Origin: an uncultured bacterium
GTDB lineage: Bacteria; Eisenbacteria; RBG-16-71-46
DNA: 64,000 nucleotides
Direction: 5' to 3'
Assembly (NCBI GenBank): GCA_964609125.1
Contig: CAZSQX010000006.1
Location: 13,016-77,015, forward strand
Both the position numbers and the translations under genes were made by a program. Within the stretch, counting starts at the first letter, position 1, and each line of letters begins with the position of its first letter. The notes below the pieces were generated by a model. It saw nothing but the letters and a program-made list of their open reading frames with translations, was not told the DNA's origin and made no database searches. Positions 22,012 to 32,155 of this stretch are shown here, piece by piece.

Positions 22012-23417
22012 CACTTTCCGATGCAGAAGCGCGAGAAGATGCGCTCCAGCAGCTCCTCGCTCGCGCGGCGGCCGGTCACCTCGCCGAGCGCGGCGAGCGA
22101 CTCGCGCAGCTCCATCGCCACGATCTCGCCCGGCTCCCCGCGCGCCGCGGCCCGCCCGGCCCGCTCGACGGCGGCGCGCGCCCGCTCGAGCGCGTCGGCG
22201 TGACGCGGGTTCGAGACCGCGCCGGCGAGCCCGCCCGCCGGTCCCGCCCCGAGCGCGCCCGCGATCCCGGCGCGCAGCTCGTCGAGGCCCGAGCCGGTCG
22301 CCGCCGAGACCCGCACCGTGCGCAGCGTCGGCGCGGAGGCGACCGCGCGCTCGAGCTCCGCCGCGTCGGCGGCCGCCGGCAGGTCGGCCTTCGCGAGCAC
22401 CGCGATCACGCGACGGCCGCGGAGCGCGGCCGCGAACGCCTCGTCGGGCGGCTCGAACGGGACCGAGCCGTCCACCACCCACAGGACCAGCGCCGCGCCG
22501 TCGAGCGCGGCACGCGCCCGCGCCACGCCCTCGGCCTCCACCGCGCTCGTCGCGGCGCGGATGCCGGCGGTGTCCGAGAGCGTGACCGCGATGCCGGAGA
22601 GCTCGATCCGCTCGCTCACCCGGTCGCGCGTCGTGCCCGGCTCCGGCGTGACGATGGCGCGGTCCTCGCCGACCAGGGCGTTGAAGAGCGACGACTTCCC
22701 GGCGTTCGGGCGGCCGACGAGCGGCACGCGCACGCCCTCACGCACCGCTCGCGCCCACGCCGCGCCCTCCAGCAGCCCGGTGAGCTCCGCGAGCACGCCC
22801 CCGATCGCACCCGAGACATGCGCCGGGATCTCGATCCCGCCCACGTCCTCGGCGAAGTCCACGCGCGCCTCGACCTCGGCCGCGGCGTCCGTGAGCCGCT
22901 CCTCGAGCGCCGCGACGCGGCGCGACAGCCCGCCTGCGAGCTGGGCGAGCGCCAGGTCGCCCGCGCTCTCGGTCTCGGCGTGCACCAGGTCGGCCACCGC
23001 CTCCGCCTGGGCCAGGTCCATCCGGCCGTGGAGGAAGGCGCGCAGCGTGAACTCGCCCGGGTCCGCGAGCCGCGCGCCCGCCGCGCGGACCGCGGCCAGC
23101 ACGCGCCGCGCGGGAACGGGTCCGCCGTGGCAGGAGAATTCGACCGTGTCCTCGCCGGTGTAGGAGCGCGGCTCGCGGAAGACGGCGGCGACCACCTCGT
23201 CGAGCCGTGCCGGCTCCCGCCCCGCGGGCGCTCCGGCCGGATCCACGATCCAGCCGTGGTGGAGCGTGTGCCCGCCGGCGAGCGCGAGCGGCGCCGCGCC
23301 GCGGAACACGGCGTCGGCGACCTCCATCGCGCCCGGACCGCTCACGCGTACGACCGCGAGCCCCGCGGCGCCGGCCGCGGTGGCGATGGCGGCGATCACG
23401 TCGTCCAGTGGTCTCAC
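22011..23417 (-). CDS. mnmE: tRNA modification GTPase MnmE (TrmE)
   Basis: [60 protein letters not shown], terminal FSRFCIGK. Confidence 0.97.
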   Translation of the reverse strand: MRPLDDVIAAIATAAGAAGLAVVRVSGPGAMEVADAVFRGAAPLALAGGHTLHHGWIVDPAGAPAGREPARLDEVVAAVFREPRSYTGEDTVEFSCHGGPVPARRVLAAVRAAGARLADPGEFTLRAFLHGRMDLAQAEAVADLVHAETESAGDLALAQLAGGLSRRVAALEERLTDAAAEVEARVDFAEDVGGIEIPAHVSGAIGGVLAELTGLLEGAAWARAVREGVRVPLVGRPNAGKSSLFNALVGEDRAIVTPEPGTTRDRVSERIELSGIAVTLSDTAGIRAATSAVEAEGVARARAALDGAALVLWVVDGSVPFEPPDEAFAAALRGRRVIAVLAKADLPAAADAAELERAVASAPTLRTVRVSAATGSGLDELRAGIAGALGAGPAGGLAGAVSNPRHADALERARAAVERAGRAAARGEPGEIVAMELRESLAALGEVTGRRASEELLERIFSRFCIGK

Positions 23418-23502
23418 GCATCCCCCGTCGGAGAAGGGATCGGCGCCCGGCTCGACCGAGCCGGGCGCCGTGGTTCGAAGGGTGCCTCGCTCGACCGCCG
23501 CG

Positions 23503-24957
23503 TCAGTCCTCGGATCTCTCGGGGAAGCTCGCGGGCGCGATCGCGACCCGTTTCACCATGCCGCTCCCGAGTGAGAACGTCCGCACCCGGCCGTCGCCGC
23601 GCAGCGTGACGTGCAGGATGCGGCGCTCCTGGGAGTTCAGGTAGTCCGTGACCATCTCGGCGTTCTGCGCCACGGCGTCCTCGGCGAGCTTGCGGGCGAG
23701 CTGCTCGAGCTCGGCCTCGCGCCGCTGCCAGTAGTCGTTCACCTCGAGCTGAAGGTGGTAGCGCGAGCCGTCGCCGCGGTTGAGGAAGCGGTTGAGCAGG
23801 TGCTGGAGCGCCTGGCGCGTCTCGCCCTGGCGTCCGACGAGCAGTTCGCCGTCGCGCTCCACCTCCACGAGCACGTCCACGCGGTTGCCCTCGGCCCGCG
23901 CCTCGACGCGCGCTTCGAAGCCCATGGCGCGGAGCAGCTCCTCGGTGAGCTTGCGGCTCACCGTCACGAGTTCGCTGCCGCTCATGTCGGGAGCACCCAG
24001 AGCGTCGGAGCCGTCCGCCTCCGCGCGCGGGGCCGGCGCCGCCGCGACAGCGGGCGTGCGCCGCTCGGGCGCCTCGTCGGCCGCCTCCGGTGCGCGCGCC
24101 ACGGGTGTCGCGGAAACCGCCTCCGGCGTGTGCACCGTGGAGATCTCGACCGGGGCCTCGGGCATGGCCGGGGGAGTGGACGTGAATCGGACGGGCGGCG
24201 TGGCGGTCTCGGCGTGCATCATGGCGGGTGCCGGCTCCGCGACCGTCCTCGCGACGGTCGCCTCGGCGCGCGGCTCCGCCGGGAGGAAGTCGCCCGCCCT
24301 GCCCGGTTCGCCGCCCCGACGGCGGCCGCGGCCTCCGCGGCGCCCGCGACGGCGCCGCTTCCTCATCTCGTCCCCTGCGCCCGCCGCCGAGTCCGAGGGC
24401 GGCGCAGGAGAGGTCGCCGCGACGGGGACAGGCTCGCGCCGCGGCACCTCGCGGCCGCCCCGCTCCCCGCGACCGGCGCGCTCGGGCTGCGCGGCGCGCT
24501 CCTCACGCGCAGCGCCCTCCTCGCGGGGCCGGCGCTCCTCGCGGGCGGGGCGTTCCTCGCGCCGGCCTCCGCGCTCGCGACCGCCGCGCTCCTCGCGGCC
24601 GTCGCGTTCGTCACGCGCTCCGCGGCCGTGCGCCGCAGGCCCCTCCTCGGGACGCGTGCGACCGCCGCGGCCTCGCGCCTCGCGACCGCCGCGCTCGTCG
24701 CGGCCGCCGCGCCTGCCCGAACCTTCCCGCGAACGGCCGCCCCGCTCGCGACCCTCGCGCTCGGCGGGCTCGCGGATCGCGCCCCCGGGACGGCGCGCCA
24801 CGCTCACGCGGAACGGGCGCGAGCCGAAACCCAGGAAGCCGCCCTTGCCTTCCTCGATCGTCGTGATCACCGCCTCGGCGCGCGACAGGCGCAGCGCCTC
24901 GAGCCCCTTGCGGACCGCCTCTTCGAACGTCTTGCCTTCGTAGACCGAACCAGCCAT
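23503..24957 (-). CDS. jag: Jag/EloR (KhpB) RNA-binding protein with long disordered linker
   Basis: Jag_N EGKTFEEAV..GFLGFGSRP; KH LVGRQGETRQALQHL; R3H-like LNSQERRILH; about 280-aa low-complexity insert. Confidence 0.93.
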   Translation of the reverse strand: MAGSVYEGKTFEEAVRKGLEALRLSRAEAVITTIEEGKGGFLGFGSRPFRVSVARRPGGAIREPAEREGRERGGRSREGSGRRGGRDERGGREARGRGGRTRPEEGPAAHGRGARDERDGREERGGRERGGRREERPAREERRPREEGAAREERAAQPERAGRGERGGREVPRREPVPVAATSPAPPSDSAAGAGDEMRKRRRRGRRGGRGRRRGGEPGRAGDFLPAEPRAEATVARTVAEPAPAMMHAETATPPVRFTSTPPAMPEAPVEISTVHTPEAVSATPVARAPEAADEAPERRTPAVAAAPAPRAEADGSDALGAPDMSGSELVTVSRKLTEELLRAMGFEARVEARAEGNRVDVLVEVERDGELLVGRQGETRQALQHLLNRFLNRGDGSRYHLQLEVNDYWQRREAELEQLARKLAEDAVAQNAEMVTDYLNSQERRILHVTLRGDGRVRTFSLGSGMVKRVAIAPASFPERSED

Positions 24958-25343
24958 CGGAATGCTTCCTGCCGGACGCGCACCTGTCGCACGGGGCCGC
25001 TCCCTCGGGGAGCCGGGCCGCGCGCCGGGGCGCTGTCCCGGTGCGGGTGGATGTGATGCTCCGCGGTGCGTCGTCGCGCGCGGCGCGCCGCCTCCTCGAT
25101 ACGCGAGGGACGTCGCCGCCGGCGCGTGGGTCGCGCCCGTCGGCCGGCGCGTCGGGGCGCGCCAGGCCGGGGCCGCGGGGCCCGCGGAGCGTTGTCGAAA
25201 CGACGGGAGACTCTACTTCGCCGCGGCTCCCGTCCGCCACGGCGATTCTCGTGCTCCCCGGTCGCGTGGGGTGCGGCCGGCGCTGCCCGTGCGCCGCGCG
25301 GATCGGCCCGCGCGGCCCCCGTGGAGCCTGGATCGCGGTCCGC

Positions 25344-27191
25344 TCAGCCCTTGCCGCGGCCGGCGCCCGGACCCGCCGGGTGTCCCTTGCCGGACGCTCC
25401 GGACGGGACGACCACGACCCGGTCCTCGCCGCGCATCGCGAGCCACTGCTGAAGCGCGGTGTACAGGTTCATCACCGTCCAGTAGAAGACGAGCCCGGAC
25501 GGAAGGCCGTAGAAGATGAACAGCATGAACAGGTTCATCAGGTACATCGTGGTCGCTTGCTGCGGCGGCGTGGGCGTGAGCCTCTGCTGCAGGAACCCGG
25601 TGGCTGTCATGATCAGCGGCAGGATGCGGATCGGCACGCCGGCCACGCTGAACAGGTGGTCGGGCGAGGACAGGTCGTGGATGAAGCCCACGAACGGCGC
25701 CTGGCGCAGGTCGATGGCGTTGAACAGGACCGCGTAGAGCGCGAAGAACAGCGGCATCTGCAGCAGCATCGGCAGGCAGCCGCCCGCGGGATTGACCTTG
25801 TTGTCCTTGTAGAGCGCCATGATCGCGGCGTTCATCGCCTCGGGCTTGTTCCTGTACTTCTCGCGGATGCGCTCCATCTCGGGCTGCAGCTTCTGCAGCG
25901 CGCGCATGCTCTTCATGCTGCTCATGTTGAGCGGGTGGAGCACCATGCGGACGAGCGTGGCGAGCAGGAAGATGGCGACGCCGTAGTTCCGCACCCAGGT
26001 GTCGAACAGCCGCAGCAGCTGGAGCAGCGGGTAGCTGAACGGCAGCATCCAGGTCATCCCGAGGTCCACGGCCTTCTCGAGCTGGAGGCTGCCCGCCTTG
26101 CCGGCGCCGGAGATCTTCGCGAGCGAGAAGTAGTCAGCGGGGCCGAAGTAGACGCCGAAGCGCTGCGAGCCCGAGGCGGGCGCGGCCAGGACGAGCGTGC
26201 CCTCGGCGATGGGCTGGCTCGGTTTGGAGTTCGGGGGCAGGAGCGCCATCTCGGCCGCGGTCGGCGTGTACGACACGCCGCGCGAGACCGCGAGCCGGCC
26301 CTCGGCGCCGATCGGCGTGACCACGCCGAGGAAGTAGTGGGTCATCACGCCGGCCCAGCGCACCGCGCCCTCGCGCGTCTTCTCCGACTTGCCGACGAGG
26401 CCCTGCGCGCCGTCGCGGTGCAGGTTACCGCCCGCCAGCGCGATCGCCCGGACCGAGCGACTCTCCTGGTCCAGGTTCGATTCGTTGAGGAGCGGCCACG
26501 AGCGCGTGGTGAGCGACCAGTCGCGCGTCCCGGCCGGCGCTCCGGACACGCTCACGTCCAGTTCGAGCAGGTGGTCGCCGGGACGCGACCGCCACACCTG
26601 GCGGATCTCCGTGCCGGCCGAGTCGCGTGCGACGAACGTGAGCGCGGCCACGGCGCCCGAGGCGTCGGTGCTCTCCGCGACGGCGAACGGCGTGTTCGCG
26701 AGCGACTGGAGCGCGGCTCCCGCGCCCAGGTCGAACGCGAACGCCGGCTCTCCGCGGAATTGGACCCGGTCCCCGGCGGGCACCTCGCGGCCGCGCTTCG
26801 GGCGGCGGCCCGGGTTCTCCGCGTAACGCGAGCGTCCCCAGGCGGCGGCGTAGCGCTTGAGCTCCACATGCTCGAGCCGCGCGCCGATGTTGCGGAACGT
26901 GGCGCGATAGAGCGGCGTCTCGATCACGTGCTCGCTCCGCTCCACGGCGGGCGCGGAGATCGTGGTGGCCGTGGCGGGCCGCGCTCCCTGGCCGGTGGCG
27001 GGAGCAGCGGGCGCCCGGGCGGCCGCCGGAGGTGCCGCCGCGGTGCCGGGTGCGGTCCGAGCCGCCGAGTCGGCGGCCTGGCCCGTGAGGGCCCGCGCGG
27101 GCGGCCTGGGCGCGAACCGCGCCTGGAGCGCCGTGAACACGGCGAACACGACGAGACAGAGCAGCAGCGCCAGAGTGGTTCGACGATCCAT
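25344..27191 (-). CDS. yidC: Membrane protein insertase YidC
   Basis: N-terminal TM, periplasmic domain, NYGVAI..T..VR, KLQPE, VNPAGGCLPMLLQMP, GLVFYWTVMNL. Confidence 0.97.
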   Translation of the reverse strand: MDRRTTLALLLCLVVFAVFTALQARFAPRPPARALTGQAADSAARTAPGTAAAPPAAARAPAAPATGQGARPATATTISAPAVERSEHVIETPLYRATFRNIGARLEHVELKRYAAAWGRSRYAENPGRRPKRGREVPAGDRVQFRGEPAFAFDLGAGAALQSLANTPFAVAESTDASGAVAALTFVARDSAGTEIRQVWRSRPGDHLLELDVSVSGAPAGTRDWSLTTRSWPLLNESNLDQESRSVRAIALAGGNLHRDGAQGLVGKSEKTREGAVRWAGVMTHYFLGVVTPIGAEGRLAVSRGVSYTPTAAEMALLPPNSKPSQPIAEGTLVLAAPASGSQRFGVYFGPADYFSLAKISGAGKAGSLQLEKAVDLGMTWMLPFSYPLLQLLRLFDTWVRNYGVAIFLLATLVRMVLHPLNMSSMKSMRALQKLQPEMERIREKYRNKPEAMNAAIMALYKDNKVNPAGGCLPMLLQMPLFFALYAVLFNAIDLRQAPFVGFIHDLSSPDHLFSVAGVPIRILPLIMTATGFLQQRLTPTPPQQATTMYLMNLFMLFIFYGLPSGLVFYWTVMNLYTALQQWLAMRGEDRVVVVPSGASGKGHPAGPGAGRGKG

Positions 27192-27193
27192 GG

Positions 27194-27403
27194 TCAGGGC
27201 ACCGGGTCCACACCCGCGGTCCCCAGCGGGTGGCAGCGTCCGAGGCGGCGGAGCGCGAGCCACGCGCCGCGCGCCGCGCCGTGGCGGGCGATCGCCTCGC
27301 GCGCGTACTCGGAACAGGAGGGATGGTGGCGACAGGCGCCGCGCACGGCCGGAGGCGCGAGGTGCTGGTAGGCGCGGATGGCGATCAGCAGGAGTCGGCG
27401 CAT
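27194..27403 (-). CDS. yidD: Membrane protein insertion efficiency factor YidD
   Basis: IRAYQ, CRHHPSCSEYA, RCHPLG..GVDPVP. Confidence 0.95.
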   Translation of the reverse strand: MRRLLLIAIRAYQHLAPPAVRGACRHHPSCSEYAREAIARHGAARGAWLALRRLGRCHPLGTAGVDPVP

Positions 27404-27404
27404 G

Positions 27405-27782
27405 TCAGACGGGGAGCGGCGCCAGCGCGCCGGCGTGGGCGAGCAGGTTCTCCACGTCGGTGGCGAGGGCCTGGTGAGGCGCTTGCAGAGTGCTGCGCGA
27501 GGCGATGAACACGAGCAGGTATCCTTCGGCCGGGACCCGGCCCCAGCGACGTCGCACGATCTCCCGCAGCCGGCGGCGCGCGCGATTGCGCTGGACCGCG
27601 CCTCCGACCCCGCGCTTGCTGGCGATGAAGCCCACGCGGCTGCGTTCGCCGGCCGCAGCCAGGACCAGCAGCAGGCAGGTCTTGCCGCGGTACGCGACCC
27701 CCTCGCCCCGCACGCGCGCGAAGTCCCGGGCGCGAGTCAGGCGATCCGCCGGCAGGAGTCGCTCGGGGTGCATCTCGCTCAT
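27405..27782 (-). CDS. rnpA: Ribonuclease P protein component
   Basis: RLTRARDF, RVGFIASKRGVGGAVQRNRARRRLREI (RNR motif). Confidence 0.95.
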   Translation of the reverse strand: MSEMHPERLLPADRLTRARDFARVRGEGVAYRGKTCLLLVLAAAGERSRVGFIASKRGVGGAVQRNRARRRLREIVRRRWGRVPAEGYLLVFIASRSTLQAPHQALATDVENLLAHAGALAPLPV

Positions 27783-27928
27783 CGGGGCGGAGGATACGGC
27801 GGAGAGGGCCCCTGCGTGGCGCTGGTGGTCGCGGCCCGTCCCGCGGCTCCGCCCGGCTCCGCCCGCGAGGGTCGGAACGCCCGGTGGGATGGAGGTTTGC
27901 GAGACCCGGGGGATCGTCGGCCCGATGT

Positions 27929-28075
27929 TCAGCGGTCGGACGAGACGGTCAGGCGCTTGCGGCCCTGACGACGGCGGGCCGCCAGCACCTTCCGGCCGCC
28001 CTTGGACTTCATCCGGGCGCGGAAGCCGTGCGTCTTCTTCTTGTGGCGGTTGTTGGGTTGGTACGTGCGCTTCAT
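27929..28075 (-). CDS. rpmH: 50S ribosomal protein L34 (48 aa; absent from the ORF track)
   Basis: Manual translation [48 protein letters not shown]. Confidence 0.98.
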   Translation of the reverse strand: MKRTYQPNNRHKKKTHGFRARMKSKGGRKVLAARRRQGRKRLTVSSDR

Positions 28076-28125
28076 GGACGCGGAACCTCGGAAAACCGCG
28101 GGGGATACGTCGGATAGAACGGCGC

Positions 28126-28155
28126 AGACTAGAGGACCCGGGCCGCGAGCGTCAA
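28126..28155 (-). promoter_or_regulatory. rpmH operon sigma70-type promoter
   Basis: Minus strand TTGACG (28155-28150), 18-nt spacer, TAGTCT (28131-28126). Confidence 0.7.
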
Positions 28156-28273
28156 GCTTCCGGGCGTTCCGCTCATTAGATGTGGGCGCGTTCCCGTCAC
28201 GCGCCGCTCAATCGAGCGTCCCGGGGAGCCGATGAACCCATGGAGATTCCGTCCCCGGATGGAGGGATCCGCC

Positions 28274-29968
28274 GTGCCCGCCGACGACTCCGCCAACCCG
28301 CAGCATCCGCCCGGCCCCCCGCGCCCGCGCGCCGACGGCCCGGCGCCGGACACGGCGGCCGAGTTGGCGGCATGGCTCGCGGATGTGGAGCGCCTGCTGG
28401 ACCTTGCGCGCCGGACCGGGCCCGGCTCGGCCGATGTCGCGGCCGGGATCGAGCCGCTCGCCGCGGAGCTCGCCGGGTTCGTCGAGCGGAACGGGAAGTT
28501 CGACCTGGACGTCACGCCGCGCTCGATCGGCTTCCGGGGCCAGGTCGTCTACGACGTGGCCCCGGCCGAGGTGCCGGGCGTGCGGCGCGAGCTGGAGCAC
28601 GAGCTGTCCTGGCTGCTGCATCGCGACGGCATCCGCCGCGTCCGGTTCCGCCGCGGACTGGACGTGGAGGCGGCGCGCACGATCCTCGCGTCGCTCGCCG
28701 CGGCCGCGGTCGCGGCGGGGACGCATGCCGACCTGGTCACGCGGCTCTGGGACGCGGCCCCCCCGCACCTGCGGCTCGTGACCGAGGAACCGGGCGCCGT
28801 GCGCCCCGACCCCCTGCGCGACGGCCGCGACGACGCCGGGCCGAGGCACGCATCGGACTGGCCGCTCCCCGAGGCTCCGCCCGCCGACGTGTCGCGGCTG
28901 TGGCAGGAACTTCAGCGCGACGAGGGCGCCGCCGTGGACGACCTGCGCGCGGCCTGGCGGCGCGAGCGGGAGGTCCCGTTCGCCGACGCCGTCGAGGCGT
29001 TCGCGGCCGCGCTCCGCGCGCTCGATCCGCGGCCGGCGATGAACGAGGCGCTGGCTGCGTCGGTCGTGACCTGGATCGCGACCGCGGTCCAGCGCGCGGA
29101 CTGGGCCGATGCGCTGCGGGCGCTGGACGTGCTCTGGCGGGTGGATCCCGGCCGGCGGCACTGCGACGAGCCGCTCACGCACGCGCTCGGCTCGGTGGAC
29201 GCCGGGATCGTCACCGAGCGGCTCGACGGATCCTCCGCCGACGACCAGGGCCGCATGTTCGCGTTCGCCGTGGGGGTCGGCGCGCCGGCGCTGCCGCTCC
29301 TCGCCTCGGTGCTGGCGCACTCGCAGAAGGCCCGGGTGCGCGCCGGCGCGACGACCGCGCTCGCCTACGCGTTCGCGGACGATCCCGCGCCGCTCGCCGC
29401 CTGGCTCGCCGACACGCGCTGGCACGTGGTGCGGAACGTCGTGTTCGCGCTGGGTCAGATCGGCGGGCCGGCGGTCGTGCCCCTGCTCGCTCACTCCATG
29501 CGCCACCTCGACCCGCGCGTCCGCCGCGCCGCGGTGCACGCCCTCGGCCAGGTGCCGCCGGCCTGGCGGCGCCCGGTGCTGGTGGCGCAGCTCGACACCC
29601 AGGACCCGCGGCTCCTCTCCGGCGTGCTGGCCATGCTCGCTCGCGACCCGGACTCGCGTGTCGCCGAGTCCCTGCTCGCGCGCGTGACGGCCCCCGAGTT
29701 CGGCGTCCGCCCCGAGGAGGAGCGCGTGATGCTGCTCGGCGCGCTGCCGGAACTGGCGGGCGAGAAGGCCGTGCCGGCGCTGGCCCGCCTGCTCGTCCGC
29801 GGCGGATGGTTCGCCCAGCCGAGCCACGAGCGTCTGGCGGCCGCGCAGGCGCTCCGGCGCGTGGGCTCGCACGCCGCGCGCCACGCGCTCGAGCAGGGAC
29901 TGCGCCACCGGAGCGCCGCCGTGCGCGAGGCGTGCGGCCAGGTGCTGGCCTGGAGGGAGTCGGCATGA
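28274..29968 (+). CDS. HEAT-repeat protein
   Basis: C-terminal HEAT repeats (WHVVRNVVFALGQIG, DPRVRRAAVHALG, VREAC); GGAGGG SD before GTG 28274. Confidence 0.85.
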   Translation: MPADDSANPQHPPGPPRPRADGPAPDTAAELAAWLADVERLLDLARRTGPGSADVAAGIEPLAAELAGFVERNGKFDLDVTPRSIGFRGQVVYDVAPAEVPGVRRELEHELSWLLHRDGIRRVRFRRGLDVEAARTILASLAAAAVAAGTHADLVTRLWDAAPPHLRLVTEEPGAVRPDPLRDGRDDAGPRHASDWPLPEAPPADVSRLWQELQRDEGAAVDDLRAAWRREREVPFADAVEAFAAALRALDPRPAMNEALAASVVTWIATAVQRADWADALRALDVLWRVDPGRRHCDEPLTHALGSVDAGIVTERLDGSSADDQGRMFAFAVGVGAPALPLLASVLAHSQKARVRAGATTALAYAFADDPAPLAAWLADTRWHVVRNVVFALGQIGGPAVVPLLAHSMRHLDPRVRRAAVHALGQVPPAWRRPVLVAQLDTQDPRLLSGVLAMLARDPDSRVAESLLARVTAPEFGVRPEEERVMLLGALPELAGEKAVPALARLLVRGGWFAQPSHERLAAAQALRRVGSHAARHALEQGLRHRSAAVREACGQVLAWRESA

Positions 29969-31320
29969 ACCCGTCGCACGTGCTGCTCCGGCCGGACGAC
30001 GACCCGCGCTTCGAGCCCTGGCTGCAGCTCGCCTCGGGCTTCATCGCCCTCGTCCGCAGCGCGCGGGCCTACGCGGTGGATCACGTCGCGTTCGCGCGGC
30101 TCCTCGAGTCGTGGCTCGAGCTGCTGGGCGGCGCGCTCGCCGAGCAGGGCACGCTCCGCTTCCACGGCGTGCAGGGCGACGCGTGCGTGAACGGCGCGCG
30201 CCTGCCGTTCCGGCCCAACATGGAGCGCTCGCTCCAGCGGCTGGTTCACGAGCTGGACGCGCGCGGGCTCGAGGGGATCGAGTTCTCGCGCGGCCTCACG
30301 CTGGCCGAGCTGAGCGCGTTCATGGAGCTGTTCCTGCCGGGCGAGCGCTGGAAGGGCGCGGACCTGGCCGAGGCCTGCGCCCGCGCCGGACTCGTCCACG
30401 CGCGCGTCGTGCCGCACCCGGACCCGGTCGTGGCCGAGAGCCTCGCGAGCGCCACCTTCGCCCTGCCCGAGACGCTCGACGCGCCGCGGCAGGCTTGGGC
30501 CTCGCTCCTGCGCGGCGCGCGCGAGCTGCTGCGCGGGGACGCGCTCGACCAGGGCGTCGAGCTGCGGCACCTGCGCCGGCTGGTGCAGCCGCTCGTCGAA
30601 GCGGTGCTCGCGGGCGAGCGCGTGGCGGCCGCTCTCGCGCACGTGCAGCGCGGCGAGCCCGCGGCCGAGCACGCCGCGCACACCGCGCTCGCGGCGCTGT
30701 GCGTGGCGCGGCGGCTCGGGCTCGCGCGCGTGGAGCTGGCCGAGGTGGCCGTCGCGGCGCTGCTCCACGACGCGGGCCACGCCTGGTCCGGCGGCCACGA
30801 TCACCGGCTCGAGGGCGTGCGCCGCGTCGCGTGGGCGACCACGCTCGCTCCGCTCTCGCTGGCGGCGATGCGAGCCGCGCTCGAGCACCATGCCGACCCG
30901 CCCGGCACCGCCCCCGGGCGCGCCGCGCCGCTGTCGCAGGTCGTGTCCATCGCCGACGCCTACGTCACGCTGCTCGCGCGCGACGGCGAGAACGAGCAGT
31001 GGCTGTCCCCGACCAGCGCGCTCGCGCGCGTGCTGGGGCCGCTCCGCTCGCGCTGGCATCCGGCGCTGCCGGTGGCGCTCGTGCGCGCGCTCGGGCTCTA
31101 CCCGCCCGGGCAGGTCGTCCTGCTCGACGACGGCTCGCTCGCGCGTTCGCTCGTGCCCGACCCGCACGACCCCGCGCGCCCGTGGATCGAGCGCGTCGAG
31201 GACGCGCGCGGCCTCCCCGTCCCGGCGATGGTGCGCACGGCGATCCCGCTCCCCGCGCGTCGCCACGTCGCGCGCGCGCTCGCCCGGCACGAATGGCCGC
31301 GGGAGGACCAGGCCGCCTGA
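29965..31320 (+). CDS. HD-GYP-like metal-dependent phosphohydrolase, GYP motif degenerate
   Basis: EHAAHT, LLHDAG, EHH, IADAY, then LGLYPPGQVVLLDDG; ATGA overlap with HEAT gene. Confidence 0.8.
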   Translation: MNPSHVLLRPDDDPRFEPWLQLASGFIALVRSARAYAVDHVAFARLLESWLELLGGALAEQGTLRFHGVQGDACVNGARLPFRPNMERSLQRLVHELDARGLEGIEFSRGLTLAELSAFMELFLPGERWKGADLAEACARAGLVHARVVPHPDPVVAESLASATFALPETLDAPRQAWASLLRGARELLRGDALDQGVELRHLRRLVQPLVEAVLAGERVAAALAHVQRGEPAAEHAAHTALAALCVARRLGLARVELAEVAVAALLHDAGHAWSGGHDHRLEGVRRVAWATTLAPLSLAAMRAALEHHADPPGTAPGRAAPLSQVVSIADAYVTLLARDGENEQWLSPTSALARVLGPLRSRWHPALPVALVRALGLYPPGQVVLLDDGSLARSLVPDPHDPARPWIERVEDARGLPVPAMVRTAIPLPARRHVARALARHEWPREDQAA

Positions 31321-31330
31321 GCGGCCGGAC

Positions 31331-32155
31331 TCAGCGCTCGAGCCACCGGCCCGCGGCCGCGCGCTGCTCGTGCAGCCGGTGCACCGAGTCGTCGAGGATG
31401 GGGAGCGTCTCGGCCCGCTGGTCGGTGCCGACCACGCGCCGCATGCCCTCGGGCACCTCGACGGCCTCGCCCGCGGGATCCCCCGCGGCGGCCACGCGCA
31501 CGCGGCCCTCCATCACGCAGACGCAGCTGCCGTTCGCGTGCCGCAGCACCGCGAACGACGTGCCCACCGCGCGCACTCGCACCTCGGGGGTCGACACCTC
31601 GAGCGCGGCACCACGGAACGCGCGGCCGGTGGTGAAGTAGGCGTCCCCGCTGGCGAGCGCGCACGTGAGGGCGCGACCCCAGTAGCGCCCCGGCGTGGCG
31701 GACAGCCGGGCGTCGCCGCCGGGCCCGAGCGAGACCGCCGCCACGCCGGCCGCGGCCAGGTCGAGCGTGAGCGAGCCCTCGATCCGCACGTGGCCGCCGC
31801 GCCTGAGCATCGCGGCGAGCGCGCGCATGTCGGCCGCGCCGAAGCTCGTCGCGCCCACGTGCGCGCGCCCCTCCCCGTGCGCGCCGATCACCTGCCAGTC
31901 CGGGCCGCGGTTGGCGTAGAGCCCCAGCGCCAGCAGCGCGCCGGCGGCGAGCGGGATCAGCGCCGGCGGACGCCGGAACCAGGGTACGGGCGGCTGCGAG
32001 CGGCGCGGCTCGAAATGTCCCGAGCGGAACTCCTGCCGGAGCCGCGCGCGGAACGCCGGCTCCGGGCCCGGGTGCGCGCGCGCGCGCACCGCCTCGCGCA
32101 CGGCGTGCAGGCTCGCGGTCATCCACTCGCGCGCGCCGCGCTCGTCCTCGGTCAC
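31331..32155 (-). CDS. FecR-domain membrane protein (anti-sigma factor)
   Basis: Short N-domain, one TM (LIPLAAGALLALGLY), FecR motif VSTPEVRVRAVGTSFAV..CVCVMEGRVRV; GTGA overlap with sigma gene. Confidence 0.8.
   Translation of the reverse strand: MTEDERGAREWMTASLHAVREAVRARAHPGPEPAFRARLRQEFRSGHFEPRRSQPPVPWFRRPPALIPLAAGALLALGLYANRGPDWQVIGAHGEGRAHVGATSFGAADMRALAAMLRRGGHVRIEGSLTLDLAAAGVAAVSLGPGGDARLSATPGRYWGRALTCALASGDAYFTTGRAFRGAALEVSTPEVRVRAVGTSFAVLRHANGSCVCVMEGRVRVAAAGDPAGEAVEVPEGMRRVVGTDQRAETLPILDDSVHRLHEQRAAAGRWLER

Noticed and set aside
24480-24760. Short direct repeats suggestive of an array
   Set aside because: They are REER/GGR-coding low-complexity sequence inside jag, not CRISPR or a DNA repeat array
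28076-28273. oriC upstream of rpmH
   Set aside because: No DnaA boxes or AT-rich unwinding element visible, and no dnaA adjacent
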